NCBI RefSeq assembly: GCF_009914755.1
Contig: NC_060932.1
From: the human T2T-CHM13v2.0 reference genome, Homo sapiens
Reading direction: 5' to 3' (one strand)
DNA length: 64,000 nt
Made by a program: the position numbers and the translations under genes. Each line of letters opens with the position of its first letter. Position 1 is the first letter of the stretch. Positions 42,831 to 59,869 of this stretch are shown here, one piece after another. The notes beneath the pieces are model-generated. The model was not told the origin of the DNA. It searched no databases and saw nothing but the letters and a program-made list of their open reading frames with translations.

Positions 42831-44159
42831 TCATTGATCTCATCTTTGAAAATTTCCCTTATTATTCCTCCTCGTTGACATGACTCTGCTTGGTTAAGTG
42901 ATCCTACACTGTAACCCACACTTTTTAATTTGCACAACTGCAGCTTTTCTAGACCGGGAAATTCTTTGGTTTAGAAACAAATTGTGTAGGACCAGGCTAA
43001 TCTGACATTGTCTGCTCCAAAAAGTGGATGTCCAATAAACGTTTTCTGAATGAATGGATTCCCAGATTGTTGGACTGCCAGACAAATGACTATACTCACA
43101 TGTAAACTACAAAATGAGTGATGGGCTGGCTGGTGACTGGAGCCATATAGGGTTTCCCTGATGGATTTTTGTACCGTCTAATTTAATGTTTCTGAAATGC
43201 TGTGGAACCTCTTACACTATTCCTGATTCGCCAACCTGTTCAGGTTTAATATTTTTCAGTCACATTGTGGGTGGTCATCCCTGGAAATCCTGCTCTCCAA
43301 TTCAGAGGGAAAGAAACAAATTAAACCTTTCAAAGTTCTTCTCTTCATAGTCACAGTCTCAAGCCTCCTCCTTCTTTGAGATTTTGTGTTTTCTTCAAAA
43401 TCTCTACAGTAAGATTTCCCAGTCTCCACCATCCTTCCCAACTGGAATGTTTCCCACCCTAGTGTTTTTCTCTCTTCCCCCTTCTAGTGCTGCTGGAGCA
43501 TAGCAATGCCCAGATTTGTGTTTACATGTGAATTCAACCTGATCAGTGCCACGGGAGTCTGAAGAGGGAGGGTTTCATCAGAACCATCCAAGGAAATCCT
43601 CCGTGAACCAATGGTGCATTATTTATTTTTCAGCTCTGAAAATGAATACAATGTCTACAATTCATCAAGTCTTCTTCATAATGTTGAAATATTTCTTAAT
43701 GTCTGTCAGGAATAAACACTCAAAAACGTAAAACATTGCCTGGAAAATGGTAGTATTAATCCATATGTGAGACTAAATTTATTAACGCAAAATGCAGGGG
43801 AAGGTTTGTGACTCTCTGAAGGTCTCACTCCTTCCTCATCTTACTCCGACAGTCTCAAGAACTGCAGAGAAAGAGCCCATACCAGTTTCTTTGCTCATGG
43901 CAAGGAAAGAAACAATTCTGCTCATGGTGGCAGAAAAGTCCAGGAAACTCTGGGAGCTTTGCACGAGTGAAGAACAGAAATACTATGCAAGAAAGTTAAG
44001 GGACGACATTATCTGTGAAACTGAATCAAATTTGTCAATTTGTTCTAAGATTTTCTTCCTTCAATTCATTGGGTGTGGGCGAGAAATGGGCCATCATATC
44101 AAAAGCCACGGACCTCTGAATCCAACCTCTAAATTATGATTTAGGATACCAGTTCAACT

Positions 44160-44400
44160 TCATTGTTGATTCAATAAATGTTTATTGGGTTCCAGTATTT
44201 ACAGGGCATTGTCCTAGATGTTGGGGCCACAGTGTGAATGAGATGAGTTCCCTGTCATGGCACCTACGTGAGAGGCAGAATAAATAAACATCACACACCG
44301 TTACAGACATGGAACATGCTTTCAGCTTGGTGGAAGATTCCATAACGTAAAATAAAGCTGGGTAAGGAAATAGAGAGTGGGAAGCTTTGGGGTGTGTTGT
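44160..44400 (-). mobile_element. L2 3' fragment
   Basis: attcaataaatgtttattggg...gcattgtcctagatgttgggg. Confidence 0.6.
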
Positions 44401-46134
44401 AGACAATCTGGGTGGCTTCCTCTATCTCTGTGCCTGTTCAGGTTCTTGCTGGTGGGCTGTGGGCCCTGACATTTCAGAGGTCATCTAGTCTCACAATAAA
44501 GGCACTTTGTTAGATTGGGGCTGGAGACTGAAAATATTTAACTGGTTTGTGTTTCTTTCACCTAGAAGAATTCCCAAATCAAGCTTGGCCAACAGCAATT
44601 GAATCAGTGGTTTCATATCAGCATCTCTTCAAAAAGATGTTAGGTTTATTTCATGTTTGTAGGTAAATTACACAATGTCTCAATTATAAATTCAGTTGCT
44701 TACGTTATGAAGCAGTCATTGAAAGTCATGCTACTTAAGGAACATTAATGGAGTCTAATCCAAACACGATGCCACTAGGAGCTGACTCTCATTATGTTCA
44801 GGACCATGGTGTGTGAGGCAGAAACCAGATCAGCCATGTTCAGTAGCCAAGGGCACTACGCACATACACCACCTTGAGAATACTTCTTCGACCTTGCTTT
44901 GTTTTATTTTTTTTGCAGTGGTGAATAAAGTAAGCTTCTTTCATGTTTAGATACAGATCATCTAGTTGTTAGAAAAATGATGAAAATATTCCCTCTTCTT
45001 CATGAATTAACAGTGTTAAAAACTTGTGTCAAGTACTTTCTTGTTTTCTATGGGCCTTCCCTTACAGTCCTCACACAGCACAGTAGGAAACAGTATCGTG
45101 GGTTCCATATCCGTGAGAGAGTGACACTTACAGAAATGGAGCCCTCGTCCAGTTTATTTAGCTAAGAAGAGGTAGAGACGACTTTTCCCCAGAAGTAAAA
45201 GTAGCACATGCTTGGCAAATATTAATAAATTGATGCTAATAACATCAAAACTGTGTTTTCCAAGGATCACAACCCTTACCACTTTTGCATGCGTATACTG
45301 TTATATTCACCACATTCTATCATAATCGTATATTTCATTCCTGAATTCTTTTATAATTCTGTGCATCCTTAGTGTCTAGTCTAATGTTTGGCACAGATAA
45401 ATGTTTGCTGAGTGGTTGTGTGAACGACAGAGACTAAAGACCTCACAGTAAAGTGAACCAGACGTAAAAATAAATAGGTGCAATGCAAAGTGATCTGCGA
45501 TGTTACAGTGGAATCCTCAGAGTGTGTGTGAGCACTGCTGACTTATCTATTCTATGGACAAGAGCCACAGTGCTTCCTGTAAAACAGAATATTGAGGGAC
45601 TTTAATTCCCATGTGTCCAACCCAGTTCCTCTGCTCCCCGTTCCCGGGTGGAGCTAGGCTACTTGATCGTTCCATTCTCCTCCAAGTCAGAAGTGCATTG
45701 TGGTTTTCCAAAAGTTGTTTAGGTGAGAAGAGAAACAAGAACATACTTGAGATGAGATGACCTGGCTTCCATTTTTTTTTGTAGAGTCATTATCTCAGGC
45801 AGACAACTTAACATTTCCAACCACTGACCGCATGTACTGAATAAGCTCGAATCATGAATGATAGATTGTCTGGTTAAGTTCATCTCGGTTGTCTTCTATG
45901 TGTAATTGATATAGTATCAATTAGTCAGAGCGTTGTGTGAGATAAAGCCTGTGAATGCATTTTGTAAACCATGAAGTGATACATACATACGTTAATATTG
46001 TTAGAAAGTTGTGGGGAAGAACATGAAGAGAGACCTCCAGCCTAGAGTTAAATTATGAAATTCTAAGATGTAGTCTCTTCATTACATGGTTCCAAACTTC
46101 TGGAGAGGTGGGGCCAGGCGCTGTCTTATTCTGG

Positions 46135-46290
46135 GAAGTAGTCTCAATCCAGGCCGCACGTTAGAATGCTGTAGAAAGCCTGCAAAAGTCCTGATACCTG
46201 GGGCCTAACAGAGACCATTTAATTGAAAATCTTAGGACACAGGGGCACGTGTCCACAGGATGATTCTGCCTGGCCAAGGTTGCACCCAGC
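46135..46290. mobile_element. MER5-like hAT fragment
   Basis: agtagtctcaatccaggccgcacgttagaat...gatgattctg..ggccaaggttg. Confidence 0.5.
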
Positions 46291-49200
46291 AGGGCTCATA
46301 CTATGACTTACCCTGTTCCTACTTCTCTTTGTTATCCTTGGCCCATTGAACAGATTGGATTTAAGTAGCAAACTTGTAAAATGCAACACCATGCGCTCAC
46401 TAAATATCAAGTATTCTTCAAACATGGACTCACCCAAACTCTTCCCAGCCAGATTTATAACCAACCACACTTGACCGCAGACAGGCCTTACACATTCTTC
46501 ATATGATCTGAAGCACAGAGTGAGTCTCTTGGGGACAGGTGGAAATGCATTTTTTTTTTAAGTTTAATACGTTTTGGCTGAGGTTAAGTTTGTTAAGACC
46601 ATTAAATATTTAAACCAGTTTTCTCAGAAGGACTTTTGAATTAAAAGGAAAATTTGAAAGGTATTTTAATAATTCCAATGTTAGCCTCTGGGTAGAATTT
46701 TCTTACATTTAATTATGAATTCCCAGGCTACCTTTTCTACTGATATATTCATAACCACATATTCATATCCATAAAAATAAGCAATTATACTTTCTGCCAA
46801 TGGCTTCCTGTGTGACTACATGTGGCCTTCCTACTTGATTAAGGATTTCAGCAAATTTAATATAAATATCTCCTTTAAGAACCTCTGAGAAATGAATGTA
46901 TTAAAGTATGTTAAATTTGCCATGCAACTGAAACTTAGTAGAAATCTTTGTAGTCAACTAAATTCTACTTTCAGCTAGAAAACTTTGTGCAAATCATTAT
47001 TTAATCCAGAGATTAACACTACATCCTGAGAAAACATATAAAATAACGTCTCCTTACCTACTTTTCTGTAAAGTTACACCAAAGCATCATTTAGGAGATC
47101 TATACTACAAACATTCTGTGAAATCCTGTGCATATTTTCATTTTCCTTATTAACAGAAATAGTTATAAAAGTATTTTTTGTCATATTGCCTACATTGCTT
47201 TAAACGCCTTTACCTGTCTCCCTTTAAACATATCCACCCTTTAAATATGACTCAAAATTCACTTACAAAATGCCTTTCCCAATGCCTGACCATTTCATGT
47301 TCCCAAGCCTCTCTCTATGGGCATATTTATGTAACAGGACTTACCATATTATGTTATAATTGGTTATCTATCTGCTCACACTCTTGTTCTATTTTGTGGC
47401 ATGGTGACAATCTCTGTATTTTTGTCATTTTTATAGCCCCACTGTTCAAATCAGCACAAAATAGATGCTCAAAACCTTCTTAACCTACTTAGAGAAATAA
47501 CGGTACTTCGACGTTTTTCCCTGTTTATTAAGGGGTCTCAGCATTAATTTTCCATGGTCTTGCTGGGTTTCTACTCAGCTTAGATCTTCTTTTGTATTTT
47601 AAATTAGCCAGTCACTTGGCTGAAAAAGCAACCCTGTTGCCCTGAAGGAAACAGCTGTGTCAGGCCACCCACAGGGATCTCAGAAGGATGAAGGGAACGA
47701 TTGTGTTATTGTATCACGGGCAGCTCTGCCGGGACTCCTAATGCTCATTGAGACGTTTTACCATGAGGATTCGGAAAACATAAATTGCATCTCATAGAAA
47801 CCATCTCCTTTGTGGTACGTGCTTCCCAGAGATGCACAGGTCATTTAATAAAGAATTACCTGCTGGTACTTACATTATGTTGTTGGCAGAAAAGTGCCTT
47901 ATAAAGAGGGGCCATTTTTACAGTGTGATATCCACGGGGTCCCTCGGGAGGCCGTCTGAAAATGAGGCTATTTCACTATTGGGCATGCTGGCTTCTTGGC
48001 AGGCCAGCTGAGTCCGCGATGTGAACTGCTAATTGCTGATTTCCAAGACTTGGACTGTCTTTCTGTTATGCAATGGGCTGAGAACGCCCCTTCCTTCCCA
48101 CAGGCTGTGTATGACTAATCCACAGTTCCTTATTAGAAAGACGGACCTTGCTCCTAAGGGTGACCTAGATGTGAAAAACTCACATTCTCCTGCTAATTCT
48201 TTAAATTAGCAAGTTCTCCAAGAGCAAGCTCGGGCTAAATCCGCTTAAGCTAGTCTTCCTCTTCCTCAGCTTACTACAGTATTAGAAATTTTGCCAGCGG
48301 CACAGACTAAGGGTAGCATGAAAAGCAATGAAAACATCTAATTTTATAGCTGTCAGGATAAATACCAAAATAAGATATTAAATGTAAAAATGTGAATAAT
48401 AGGCTAAATAGTGCCTCCCTGAATATAGTGGGAATTTTAGCATTTTTATCACATGACCTCGGGGATGCATGCCAGGGTCACCCAGGGAGCTGCGTCTTCA
48501 TATTTCACCTCGAGGGTGTCTCCCGCCTTGGGTGCATACTCTGTTCTTAAGGGTCTGTCTCACTCTTCAGGCGCAGAATTCACTGCTAATTCACACTCTC
48601 TCTGTCTTCCTTGAAGGGTCACGTTTGCAGAAGAGCTCCACTGTAGGGCAGGGGAAGGAAATCCTTCCTCTTTCTTTTCTCGGACAGCCTTATCTCAGCT
48701 GTCATTCTCCAGGGATCTCTGCTGGGGACTAAATTCCTTAAGGCCATGCCTGCACTTGCAAATACTTCTTAAGCATCGTGAAATGTGTTAGAAACAAAAT
48801 CCTCACCTGCTGTTCATAGAAGAAATCCCTGCTAAGTTATAAATGAGTTTCTGCAGCCCAGGAGCGCCTGTCTACTTGGGGAGCTTAACCAGAGGTGTGT
48901 GCAGCCTGCCCAGTTGTTCAGTGTGTAGCGCGGATGGATGGTTCTTTTGTTATGAAAACCAAAGAACTGCCTCCAGCAACCCTTCTGGCCCCAGGTGCAC
49001 ATGTCCCACTCAGAAGGGTATCATGACATGTGAGCGGGAAAGACAGGCAGTTCAGGGAATGTGTGTGTGGACAGGGAGTTAAGGGGCCTGTCATTACAAG
49101 AATCTTATTTGCTTCCACACTGCCCCATATCTTTGAGGACCGTATCCTCCCCAATGCTCGGTATCCATGATTTTCAGGTGGCCGACAGGGCCACACCATC

Positions 49201-51184
49201 TGCAGCAACACCAGGCATCCTAATGTCTAACGTGAATGAGCTGAAGTTTCTCAGATACTTTGCAAGCTCTGAATCCTTGAGCCCCCTAGCCTGTGGGGCT
49301 GCAATGTAACTGTGCCTGTTTCTCATAGGAAACTGGGGCACAGGAGCCTAAATGACCTGCCTAGTATTACTTGTAGCAGGAAGACGATTCTTACGATGGG
49401 AGATTCTAACATGCGGGTTCTACGGCACAGAATAAGATGGAAACCCCTGCGTAGCAGGTGCTCTGTGTTCTTGTTCCTGTTCATGCTTGTACAATTGAAC
49501 AGGATAAATGCTTAACTATACTTTCAAATGTTGTGAACGATCAGCTTCTGTGCTATGACAGATTGTGCTCACTCTCGAGATTTCACTCCTGTCTCCAACA
49601 CGCTTGTCATGGTCAGACCCACCCCAAGCGTGCAATTGCACACACACCCGTAAGCACTCTTCAGGGCTGACCCGGTGCCAGCCGTGTGACAGGCACGATG
49701 TAACCATCGTATCCACCAGCCCAGGAGTTATTTACTTGGAATCTCCTACGCCCAAACGCTGACAGGGAAGCGCAGGTTTAAAGCACAAATGTAATTATTC
49801 AATTATTCCCGTGATGTGTGGAGGCAGGATTTGAACCCGGATCTGTCTTCATCTCAGCACAGCTCTTTATTATGGAGTCCCAGGGTTACTGCATCCCCCA
49901 ACCAGGGCTCTCCATGGCCTTTCAAAGAAGACAAACCCATACTGTGTACCTGTCAAGGTCCCTCTCAGGGTGCGGCTGTCTGCAGGGCACCCTCCGCACA
50001 GCCCAGGCAGGGGCATGGGCGGCGAACACACACCTTTCAAATCAGGCATCCCACCTGCCGCCAGTGGTACCACCGCAAACCACCAAACTCTATTTTTACC
50101 ACTTAAATAGTTAAGCACAGGCACCTATAGTTTCTTTGCCAAAAACAAAACAAAACAAAACAAAAAACAAAAACAATGTGTTTTGAAAGAGATACAAATT
50201 TTAAAATATGACTAACCTTTTCTTTTTCTTGGTCGAACGGCTCTGTCCTTATGTTAATTTCATTCACAGGAACTTTATGTTCTTGGTCCCGAGTAACTAA
50301 AATACTTGGTCCTGATTTTTGAAATGCTAGCTTTGGTTTCAATGTATTATAACACAAATAGAGGCAAGGAATTACAAAATCAATGAATCCCAGGAGGCTT
50401 GCTCTGAAAGGCGGAAGTTCTTCTGCTCCACTTCATGGATGGTTGTGGAGGGCGCTGTGCTTAACAGCAAATCTGGATTGGAACCAGTGCTTTCTGAGTC
50501 CGTCTGCTCACACATGAGAAACAGGCAAAATGGTGCTCCCTCTTCAAAGCCTTATAATCAAGAGGTTATATACATACAATTACTATAAAATATTTCATTA
50601 TATAAATATTTCGTATAAATGTATAATATATAGTAGACTACATAACAAATGAAAATAAATATATACAGTCTTCTGGTTATTGAAGGCCTGCTGTACATAC
50701 AATTTAATATGTATAATAAATCATAAGTAATAAAGTATGCATTTAATATATATATATATATCTCACATTGTCTTATGCATCATGGGTGCCCAGGAGATGT
50801 AATTGTTTGTATTAAACCAATGTGTTAAGAAAGACATTTAGAAAAAAAGACAACAGAAATGTTCAGACAGGCAAACTGAGAGGTGGAAATAGGCAGGTCT
50901 GATTTAAAATATGACGGTGATGTGATCACATGGCTTCAAAGTGTTAGGGTCCCACAAACTCGCCTATGACCATAAGGGTGACGTTTCCATCTCCCGCTTA
51001 CCCAGTGTCCTGCTGTGCCCTGGAAGCCCTGTGTGGGCCTTGAAAACACCTGTTTTCCATTTAGACAAAGGCCAGGAGAAGCCTTGGATAAGAAGCCTTG
51101 GATAATGGTCAAGAGAAGTACCCAGGTTATCTTAGAGGACCTGGAATGACCCGTTTCTTAGAATTTACCAAACTGTTCTTTGCC

Positions 51185-51271
51185 AAATCAACATGCTCCT
51201 CACAGACACACCAAGGAACAGTACTTCATCCTTCAGTCCAATCAAGTTGACACTCAATGTTGACCATCACA
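51185..51271 (-). mobile_element. MLT2A-like LTR terminal fragment
   Basis: cacagacacacc...ccttcagtccaatcaagttgacactcaatgttgaccatcaca. Confidence 0.65.
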
Positions 51272-53079
51272 GTAGCAGGGCTGATAACAGCCAGCCCGGA
51301 GTACAGCAGAAAGCCAAGAGAAACGTATCTGCAAAGCGAAAAAAAAACGAAGCAGATTAATTTTCAGATGTGTGTGTACAATCAAGTCAGGAGGGGTTTA
51401 TATTGTTGTTTCTTTTTTTTCTGAGATTTTTGTCAAAATGAGTGACAATCATATAGGACACTCATTAAACATGAACGTGAGACAATGAGCTTGAGGAAAG
51501 AAGAAAAAACAGTGTACAATGAAATCAGTGTCATTATACACTCGGAGCAATTCACCTCTGTGCAGACGCCACACTGCCGTCGTGATGGTGTAGACGGGGC
51601 TCTGACTCAATGAAGCTGTGGGCTGCTCAGCCTCCAGGTGCAGCAGCCGGTTTGTATGGACGCACGTGGAATGGAGCCAAAAGGGGCAGCAGAAAACCAG
51701 TGACATGTCTGAACTTGAAAAGTAAAGATAGACCCGGGTAAACAGTCTACTTAGAAAGGTGACAGTAAATACGGAAAAAGCAGCTAACATTTTCAAAGCC
51801 ACTTGCTGCCGTGAAATGGAAAACAGCAGTGGCAGGCAGAGGAGGTTCCTAAAAGTCCAGGATACTATTAATATTGGACTTTTAAAAATATGTACCTGAA
51901 TTACAGCAATTAAAACATCTTAAGTGTCTACTCACATGCTTTTCCTTGGGAAAGATGAAGACTCTGATAGTTGGTTCTTCAGGAGCGGGTGTTGCTTTTA
52001 CTCCCACTCCCTGTTTAGTCTGCCAAGGAACAAAGCAAATAAGCAACACGGAGTTGCATGGCTTGAGGTGTGGTTCCCACCTCTGACCTCTGAGGAACCC
52101 TGAGGGTCTCACGAGGGCCCTGGGCAGCTGCCGTAGGCATTGCTTACAGGGTTTCGTTTCTCTCATTTGCATTTATTGCTATTTGAAGTAGCACTATCTC
52201 CCCCTCTCAGTTCTAAGCTCCTCAGAGGCAGAGAAAAATACATCAATTTTCTGGAATTGTTCCAAGTATTAGAAAGGATAATTTAAATATCTGGCTCTAG
52301 TTGTTTTCACCATAATCACATATAATGATGTTTTATCACCTTTAGCTGCTCTCTTCCCACTCTCTCGTCCACGCTGGAGCCAAATAAATGCACTCGTCCT
52401 ATTTGCTGAAGAGTGTGATTAATGCTCTCTCCTCTGATGGAAGCATAGGACCCAAAACAATTTTTTTAAGCAAAATCACCTCAATGTCAGATTATTATGC
52501 CTGAGACCATAACTTCAACATGATCGTGAAGTTTAAAGCTAAAGTGCCAGAGGTATGGGAGAGTGTCGTGTGTGTGTGCGTTGGTGTGTGCAAGTGTTCA
52601 CCTGCCAACACTGACAGAAGCCGCGGTTTGTCTATGACCAAAGTGAGGATGAATTCACAGGTAAGTGTCCTGGAGGGAGGTGCCTCATTACCACAGGTTA
52701 CCATTATACGCTCTGTTGTATCCAACAGGGTATATCTTCCTCATCCACTAAGCAAACAGGTGTCTGTGAGAACCAACAATGTTAACAAAACATGCTCATT
52801 GAAAAAAATATGCATTACCTTAGGACATATGGGTGAAAATAAACGTTCTAATACTACTGTATATTGTGGGGTATACAACCTTCTCTATTTTAAAGGTCAA
52901 AAATAATGCTTTTGAGCATTTCTCATGAAAGGTTAGAAATTCTAATCCCGTCCTTACTATGTTATATCACAACCCTATCATATAAACAGGTGTGTCATCT
53001 GGCTTGATTTTAAAATATTCTTTTTAATAAATACAGGTTAACAATATAGAGGCACCAGAAGCAACACACATCTCACTTT

Positions 53080-53083
<4 letters not shown>

Positions 53084-53119
<36 letters not shown>
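53084..53119. repeat. (TG)n microsatellite
   Basis: ~18 perfect GT units. Confidence 0.97.
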
Positions 53120-53122
<3 letters not shown>

Positions 53123-53959
53123 GCATCTGGGAAGAAAGAAACTTAATGCATTGGGGTAAGTCACGTCATTGGTTTAACCCTTTCCTACTTAGTATGCCTG
53201 TGGATACTGGAATCTTGAGTGCAGTGTTCCCTTCTAATGGATGGGAAGGAACTGCCAGGAACCTTGCATGTTTATAAGAATTTCCCTGGAAATATCTTAA
53301 AAATATATATTTCTGGACCCCACTAAAGATCTTAAAAATTATGCTTATACGGTATGAGACCTGTGAACTGTGTATATTTTTATCCCCCTCAGCTCTCCTC
53401 AGAGGAACCAAGTATAGCTGGCCTGACCTCATATTGTTTTGGAATAAGGATTTAAAAATCACTGTAAAATTAAAGATGTTTCTTAGAAAAATTGCCATTC
53501 AACCCATCATATAAAATGTAAATGATCTCAATTATGTATTCCAGATCATGACATCAAAAATGATCTCAATTTATGTATTCCAGAAATAGACATTGGAAAA
53601 AAAATAGGCTATGTTAAGCCTAGAAATCATAAAGAATTCTTAAATTTATGTATGTAGTGTGAAAAAAATAGTGAAATGCTACTTAAAATAAACTTACACC
53701 TAAATCTTAATATAAAATTCAAACATCATGCAATGAGTTGAGGAATAGCAGTACCCAGCTCTAAAGGAATGGATTTGGGGCATTTTTCTGTGCTTGTTTT
53801 CCTACTCAATCGTAGGTAGAGTTAACAACAGGGAAGATGTGCTTTCATTTCAAGTTGGAAACTGAACATATTACTTCTTAACATTTTTAATTGTAACTAA
53901 GTTTAAATATATAATTTCAACTCATTTATCTGTGATGACCTGTCCTATTTTTTGCATGA

Positions 53960-54287
<328 letters not shown>

Positions 54288-55431
54288 AATTTTTAAGTCA
54301 GTTACTGAACAGAAGCAGTTATCATAGCTCAATTTTATATATTATGTATTTAGGAGTAGTAAATGGGTAAAGTTAATCTCAAATTTTTTTTTTCTTCCTT
54401 TTCAGGTGACTCCTAGCTAGTTTCCGTCTTGCATCCCTTAGATTTAGTAGAAATTTAAAATCATTGAAGTGACTTTGAGATTATTTCTGCATTTTATTAT
54501 TCAGTACAAACAATGAAAATTACAGCATGAAACATACAATTATTTAGCACTTAAAAAGTGCATTCATGTTTCTTCTTCTCGGAGCTTCAGTCTGCCTCCG
54601 TCAGGATTCCTGACAGTTCTGGGTTCCTGTGGGTTAGGGCACTAACATCCACAAGAGTCCATGATGACCTAACATCATGCAATGGTTTATAATGGAGTTC
54701 AGATTCGTGCCCAGGAGAGTCTAATGCAAGAAGTCACAGCAATTAGTGAGCACATTAAATTCACAGTGTGAGTCACAAGCTGCTTTGCGCACCATGTGTG
54801 TATTGATTCATATAATCCTCATAACAAATTTAATGAGATAGACATTACTATAATTATTTTAAGATAAGCACAGGAATATAAGGTAATTTAACCAAGGCAA
54901 GTAAGATTTGTATGCCACAGACCCCTATGGGAGTTGGTGAAGCCTGTCAATTGCTTTTCAGGGAAAAAAATATGTTTGTGAATATTGTAAACAACATCAA
55001 ATTAATAGGACTACTAACGAATGTCTATTGAAACATAGCACTGGCTAAAAGACACTGCTCCTCTATGGCTGTTTCTTAGCATTCAAACACTACTACCCTC
55101 TGAACTCACTGCTCAGAACTAGTGTGGTCATGACTGAGTGGAGCTGAAGGCCACGCACTCACATTTCTTCAGGTGATTGATTGCAAAGCCATTGGTGACA
55201 ATTCCCATTTTCTCATATGTTATTGAGAAGACATAATTGTGGTATCATTTCACTTATTTTCTCTTCTCTGACTGAATTTCACCCATGTAAAAAGTCCCAG
55301 TAACTACTGTTGGCTCTATCTGCTGGCAACGTTTGTAGAACTTCCTCCACACCATAAACATCAAAAACAGAATGTTTGAAAATAACATTAAGAAATATTA
55401 GATATGATTGATATTTGTTAAGCATTTAGAA

Positions 55432-55649
55432 CAAGGGTGTCTTGTCTTTTCACTATCCTGGGCCACAGTGGAAGAAGATGAATTGTCTTGGGCCACACAA
55501 CATAAAACACACTAACACTAACAATAGTTGATGAACTAAAAAACAAACAAACAGAAATCACAAAAAATCTCATAATGTTTCAAGAAAGTGTATGAATTTG
55601 TGGTGGGCTGCATTCAAAGCTGTCCTGGGTCACATGTAGGACAAGCTCG
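55432..55649 (+). mobile_element. MER30 hAT MITE
   Basis: cctgggccaca..ggaagaaga.gaattgtcttgggccacac...gcattcaaagctgtcctggg; perfect 8-bp TSD atttagaa. Confidence 0.9.
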
Positions 55650-56422
55650 ATTTAGAATATAATTCTCAAAAGACTAGAAAGTGTGAAACAAGGCCCAGGA
55701 AAGTATCTGTAACTTACGAGCCTTTTATAGACATTCTCGGGTTTTATAAAGAGATGTAGAGTTGACTGACATAACAGGGTTCCTTGAGAACAGGGACTCT
55801 GTTTTCATCTCCTTCTCCTGTATCTAATACAGTTAATGGACATGTCTATATTCAGAAGGTATTCGATGAATTAATGAATGAAATTAAAAATGGAAGGTGG
55901 GAAATACAGCTATTAAAATAGTTGACCCATTTGGGTGATTTAAGGTCCCATCTCTCTGTCATGTCTCCCAGTGTGCCTCTCTTAAACCAATCAGTCTGAC
56001 TGAAGAGAAAAAAAGTATTTCCATATTGATAGAAACTTTGCATTATCTTTATGGTATGTGAGTAGCTTCACTGCTCGGGTAGAGCTTCCAGATACATCCT
56101 CATGGTTAAGGTCAGACACATCAGGTAATGCAGAGGTCCAGAAAAAAATAATGGCCTCTATCCCTAACCAGAAATACAAATCACAGGCCATTTAAAGATC
56201 GAACTCTTCAGATGAATTGTAAAACAGATTGATAAAATGCTAGAGTTGGGGGAAAAAAGTTTTGGAGATCTTGTCAACCTCCAACTGAGAATGACATTAA
56301 TGGAAATCCTTGAGCAAGAATCATTCTCTCTAGTGAGCAGTAAGTGCAGGTGTCTGAGTGGACTTATTGCGAATGGAGCAGAGCAATTGCTGTGATTGGA
56401 AATCTCAACCACAAGATATACA

Positions 56423-56502
56423 TTAGATTGGCGCAAAAGTAATTGCTGTTGTCATCATTAAAAGCAACAGAGAAAACAGAAATTACTTTTGCACCAACCT
56501 GA
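56423..56502. mobile_element. MADE1 (Hsmar1-derived MITE), 80-bp palindrome
   Basis: ttagattggcgcaaaagtaattgc...aattacttttgcaccaacctga; exactly 80 bp. Confidence 0.9.
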
Positions 56503-58059
56503 TATTATTCAAGCAGGACCAGAAAGGTCAGAGTGGGCTTGCTGTAGAGTATGCAGCATTATTGTCATCTAGGAGGGATGAGAAAAAAATCCCTGCTCTT
56601 GTCATGGCCAGTGAGGGATGCAATGTTATGTAAATGTTGTCTGGAATCGAGCTCCTGCTGTGGGAAACTGGGAGACTATTACTTATGATGTATTTTAGTG
56701 GAAAGGGACAGGATTCAAGGCAGAGGTCACAGAAAAATTGAGGTAAGTACGTTCTATACTGTTATTTTTTTTTTCATTTTTTTCTTTAATATTTTCCTGC
56801 TATCTAATTCAGAAGAAGTATAATTCTAAGAGCAGAAACAAGTAGCAAGACAGTTTAATTAAGGAGAAAGTTGACTTCAGTGACAAGCATAGCACAATTT
56901 TGAAGAAATTTGTACAATATCATAAAATTTTCAAAACGTATAGAATGTTTGCATAATTGACAAATATTAGCTGTGGCTTTTTGTCTTGTGTTGGAGTGTA
57001 ATGTGTGCGATAGGCCTAGATATTATATTATGCACCTCTAAACACATAAAGCCAAGAATAAAAGCAGAAAAAGACAGACTACCGCTGTGATTTAATTTTG
57101 TGCACCAACCCTAGTGGTCTTCATGTAAGACCAGGGCCTCAGAATGAAGGTAAGAGTTGAGTGTCTCTGGATTCCCAACAGGAATGTTCTTCTCACCTTC
57201 AGGGGGGAAATAATTCTAGCTTGTTCAAGAACTGACAATTGGACATAGGTTAAACAAGCCCAAATAAGAGAGGGTTTTGCTAGTGGTTTCATATTAAAGA
57301 AAATCTGATGACAAATAATGTGCTAAACCTTGGCAAAGTGTTCGGTGTAAGATGTTTATGTATAGTCACACATGTGGTCTGGACCTCACACATTCAGGGA
57401 GCTTCAGTTGTGTATTTGACTGGGGCTGAAACAGAGCTATAATTTCTTGGATTCATTCAAGAGTAGAATATAAAATAAAAAACACTGGCAAGTTATAACA
57501 GATTAATAGATAGATAATAGATAGATGACAGCTAGATAGTTGATGGATAGATAGTTGATGGATACATAAATGTAGCAACTGTAACTAAAGCTAGGAAAAT
57601 AAACATGTTAGGTCCACAATGAGGTGTGCTTCATGGTACATGTGAGGAATGTTACAGCCTACCACAGTGACCCTTCAGCTGTGTCCTGGAGAGAGAGGAG
57701 AGTGTTAGGGCCTTTCTTCACTCAGAGAAACTCCAAATATAGGTGTTATATCATTTGTACTTCCAGAGATAGGATTAAAAAAAATTTGGAACTGGTTTTA
57801 TTGAATGACTTCCCCTTTCGATCTATATTTTAAGCCCCCCAAAGCTAAAGGCACTTACTTAAAATCTCTGAAGAATAGATCAGAACTCCTGCAGGATTCT
57901 CACAGGTTGCATAGACCAGTGTACATGGGGACCTATTTCTACACCTTGATTCTTGTATCTGACAAGACTTGATTTGGGGATTCTCAGCACCCCCGGCCCT
58001 ATTATAGTCTCTGGTTGTGCTCTGCTCCCAGTATTTGAAAGACAGATTGAAGAGAGTGT

Positions 58060-59810
<1,751 letters not shown>

Positions 59811-59869
59811 GAGAGACATCCCCCTCAGCCTCTCACGTTTTCGCTCGTCTTAGTGGCCGTTATGCCGGT

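Noticed and set aside
44768-44786. CTCF-like tgccactaggagctg
   Set aside because: Mismatches in the conserved GGC portion of the core; too weak to call
57093-57113. Possible second MADE/Hsmar TIR (ttttgtgcaccaaccct)
   Set aside because: Only ~17 bp with no partner arm
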